A stretch of DNA of 63,580 nt, the filler included, from an uncultured Methanosarcinales archaeon (GTDB taxonomy: Archaea > Nanobdellota > Nanobdellia > Woesearchaeales > CAYVYK01), in NCBI GenBank assembly GCA_964455675.1. It is 5 parts of 4 records of this genome, joined end to end, with 100 filler letters (N's around TTAATTAATTAA, not from the genome) between each part and the next. Parts side by side here need not be neighbours in the genome. Positions count along the whole stretch, not along the records: positions 45,588 to 63,580 come from CAYVYK010000020.1; 4 more parts are not named here. One strand, written 5' to 3'. How positions within the stretch are numbered: the stretch's first letter is position 1; each line of letters begins with the position of its first letter. Position numbers and translations under genes: made by a program. Shown piece by piece: positions 61,058 to 63,580 of the stretch. The notes under the pieces are model-generated. The model did not search any database. It saw only the letters and a program-made list of their open reading frames with translations, and was not told the DNA's origin.

Positions 61058-61983
61058 CGCTTCGCAAGAACGTCGGCAAAACTTCTTTTTTTCCTCGCAG
61101 CCTCTTTGAGGAGCTCATCCTTCCTTGCTTCCCACGCGCGCCCAGTCTTCGTCTTAGCCAGGCCTCCGCGCGCGGTCTCCTTCAAGTCCTCATTCATACT
61201 GTCGCCAATCCAGCACATCGCCGTCGCAACCTCATCAAAAGGAATGTAGGAATGAATTCCTGACAAGGCAAGCTGCGCTGACGTAAACGCGATGGACACC
61301 ATAATAGCATTACGCTTCCTACAAGGAACGCTAACAACACCAGCCACGGGATCACACACCAACCCAAGCGTGTTCTTCAACGCCAAAGCAGCAGCATTCT
61401 CGACCATCTCGGGATTTGAGGAAGAAGGATTCAGCAGCTGAACGATCGCGGCTGAGGCCATCGCGGCAGCTGAACCGCACTCGGCTTGGCAGCCATGCAC
61501 TGCGCCAGAGATGGAAGCATTCTTGACAATCGACATCTCGACAGCAGCCGCGGCAAGCAGGGCCTTATAGCAATCGGTCTTTGACAACCCATAATCCTGG
61601 GCAACAGCCAGAATGCAGGCCGGAACAACACCTGAAGCACCAGCAGTCGGACACGCGATCACTTGACCCATATTCAGATTGTTCTCCGTGATGGCAAGCG
61701 AGAACACGCATGCGTTGTGAAGAGTCGTCCCAAGAATGCGGACCTTCACGCGGTTCAGACGCCTTGCATCGTCCGAGAACATCAAGTTCGTGAACTTGTA
61801 TTTTCCTTTCAACCCCGTACGGACTGCCTTGTCAAACACGAGGAAGGAACCCTTCAGCCTCGCATAGACTTCCTTTCGCGACCTTCTAAAGCGCTCCATC
61901 TCATAGTCAACAACGGCATCACCAAGCGTCTTCTTCCCATGCCTCGCCTTCTGGGCAAATTCTCTCAATATATACTCAGTCAT
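61054..61983 (-). CDS. sdaAA: L-serine dehydratase, Fe-S-dependent, alpha subunit
   Basis: ACPTAGASG, SISGAVHGCQAE, LGLVCDPVAG.V.VPC..RN, ETARGGLA. Confidence 0.95.
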   Translation of the reverse strand: MTEYILREFAQKARHGKKTLGDAVVDYEMERFRRSRKEVYARLKGSFLVFDKAVRTGLKGKYKFTNLMFSDDARRLNRVKVRILGTTLHNACVFSLAITENNLNMGQVIACPTAGASGVVPACILAVAQDYGLSKTDCYKALLAAAAVEMSIVKNASISGAVHGCQAECGSAAAMASAAIVQLLNPSSSNPEMVENAAALALKNTLGLVCDPVAGVVSVPCRKRNAIMVSIAFTSAQLALSGIHSYIPFDEVATAMCWIGDSMNEDLKETARGGLAKTKTGRAWEARKDELLKEAARKKRSFADVLAKR

Positions 61984-62390
61984 AACGAGCTCACCTTGAA
62001 TCTGCCGCCGCCAAGAGAGATTCCCTTGAAAGACTTTGGAGGAGCGCACGAAACAATCGCATGCAGAGTGTTTGGATGTATGGACTCGTCACGCTTATGC
62101 GCCCAGATGATCTTGAGATGTGATTCCTCAGCGTACCTGAACGAGAAAGGAATCCTCGGATCATCATCATTCCAACGCAAAAGCCCTGCGACGAGCGCGC
62201 TCTTTGTCATGTGGGCATCTCCAGTATCTGCCAAAGAATTGAACAGCGTGATCTTTACCCGCGAAAATTTCCCAGACTTTTCGGCGATGGTCCTGCCGAT
62301 CCGCATGACGCCAGCAGTGTGCGAGCTTGAAGGGCCGACAATCTCAGAAGTCACAAGGTCCAAAGGACTGATACCGGAAGGCTTTTTCAT
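61980..62390 (-). CDS. sdaAB: L-serine dehydratase beta subunit (short, no ACT domain)
   Basis: VGPSSSHTAG..RIG, SLA.TG..H.T..ALVAGLL, HPNT, GISLGGG. Confidence 0.9.
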   Translation of the reverse strand: MKKPSGISPLDLVTSEIVGPSSSHTAGVMRIGRTIAEKSGKFSRVKITLFNSLADTGDAHMTKSALVAGLLRWNDDDPRIPFSFRYAEESHLKIIWAHKRDESIHPNTLHAIVSCAPPKSFKGISLGGGRFKVSSL

Positions 62391-62546
62391 TAACACAAGG
62401 CACAATGCAGGGATTAATAAGCTTTTGGACGGCCAGCACGCGTTCACGTCCACAAGGGGCTGGGGAACTATCCGTATCACGTGTCAGGCGTTCGGAGCGT
62501 ATTCCCCGTTAGTATTATCATATTCATGTTTAGTATTCAAAGTATG

Positions 62547-62710
62547 ATTACGAGCCTTCGGCGAGCCCTGTTCACAAAGGAATTCTCCATACAATCACAC
62601 TTGTCACTCTTAACATTCAAAATTATTACGAGCCTTCGGCGAGCCCTGTTCCTTGCACAACACGCTCAGGGAACAGGTCGCCTGTTTTTGGATGCGCGGA
62701 AACGGGTATC
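62547..62710 (+). repeat. Two family A repeats
   Basis: TTACGAGCCTTCGGCGAGCCCTGTTC at ~62548 and ~62626; the second is followed by the CCTGTTCC..GGAACAGG hairpin. Confidence 0.88.
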
Positions 62711-62798
62711 CATTGTGGGTTTCCTGTGTCTGTCCATTGTGTGTGTCTCTCCTGCTCGTGACAAACACATAAAAAGGAAGAATTACTTCTCTGAAACT

Positions 62799-63580
62799 AT
62801 GGGGCGATGGAAGGATGAGTACTGGGCGATTCTTCCAGTGGTTGCAGCGCTGGTGCTGATCGTGTGGCAGATGCCCGTGATGTTCTCGACGCACTTTTCG
62901 AGCGGAGGAGACTCGATCTGGCACTACGCGAATGCCAAAGCGCTACTTACCCGCATGAACTTGGGCGAGACAATAGTGTGGTTTCCCGACGACGGTCTTG
63001 GATGGCCCATGACAAGGGTGTATCCTTCGCTCTTATACTATCTTGCGATCTCGCTAACGGGTATTACCGGATCACTCGTACTGTCACTCAATGCACTTGC
63101 GGGAATATTCATCGCGCTCACGCCCATCTCAATCTACTACTTTGCACAACAACTCCGATTGTCGCGACTTGAGGCGGGAATCACGAGTTTTCTCTCGCTG
63201 TTCCTCATCGGAGGATGGGCATACTCAATCGAGGCATTCTACGAACTTGGAACACTCACATTCGCACTCCTTACATTCCTGACCCCGTTACTGCTTGGAC
63301 TCCTCGCAAAATTCATCCATGAAGGCAGCATCCGGATTGGTATCCTTGCTCTCACTATTGAACTACTGTTCCTTCTCAGCCACAAGATGGCATTCGCTTA
63401 CGCGGCATTCTTCATCCTGCCATTCATCCTCGTGCTCGCACTATCAGAGAAGCAAGGCATACGATGTTTCCTCATCGGATTCGGATTTATCATGATACTC
63501 CTTATCATGACAATCCCCCATGCACTCATATATCCGGAATTCAGCAGCAACATACTCTATGAAACATTCGGGGGAGCGCC
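62799..63580 (+). CDS. GT-C-like membrane protein (PTPS-related domain type), 3'-partial
   Basis: Translated by hand (absent from the ORF track): MGRWKDEYWAILPVV...GGDSIWH...WFPDDGLGWPMTRVYPSLLYYL..., open to the window end. Confidence 0.75.
   Translation, partial: MGRWKDEYWAILPVVAALVLIVWQMPVMFSTHFSSGGDSIWHYANAKALLTRMNLGETIVWFPDDGLGWPMTRVYPSLLYYLAISLTGITGSLVLSLNALAGIFIALTPISIYYFAQQLRLSRLEAGITSFLSLFLIGGWAYSIEAFYELGTLTFALLTFLTPLLLGLLAKFIHEGSIRIGILALTIELLFLLSHKMAFAYAAFFILPFILVLALSEKQGIRCFLIGFGFIMILLIMTIPHALIYPEFSSNILYETFGGA

Overview
This window joins five contigs with artificial N44-TTAATTAATTAA-N44 linkers (7791-7890, 24246-24345, 39954-40053, 45488-45587), so gene order across them is not real. 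It reads as a small-genome archaeon, most likely DPANN/Woesearchaeota-like (inferred from TFIIB, intron-containing tRNA-Tyr and tRNA-Met, Trm112, a short Rad50 and AsnRS, alongside bacterial-type MetK, Fba, Rpe, RpiB, Pgk, Pfk and SdaA). There are five tRNA genes; four are flanked by copies of their own ends. Four things stand out. (1) A ~13 kb GC3-rich, Shine-Dalgarno-led island (24346-37700) encodes a NitT/TauT ABC transporter, an AAA ATPase, a RaSEA-like radical SAM enzyme, a serpin-like protein, a pilin-like protein and UPF0182. Two of its leaders carry SD + ATG-stop minimal ORFs (a tandem array of three at 33678-33816 and one at 24436-24454), each followed by a related GGGGTCT...AGACCCC terminator-like hairpin. 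(2) A head-to-head pair encodes a family-B DNA polymerase homologue with intact exonuclease but eroded polymerase motifs and a large protein ending in a Cas4/AddB-like nuclease; a divergent CCA-enzyme-like nucleotidyltransferase lies nearby. (3) Several dispersed palindromic repeat families share a tandem GA/GA mismatch hairpin. (4) There is a diverged remnant of the pgk 3' end. All protein calls come from motif recognition by eye; no database search was run.
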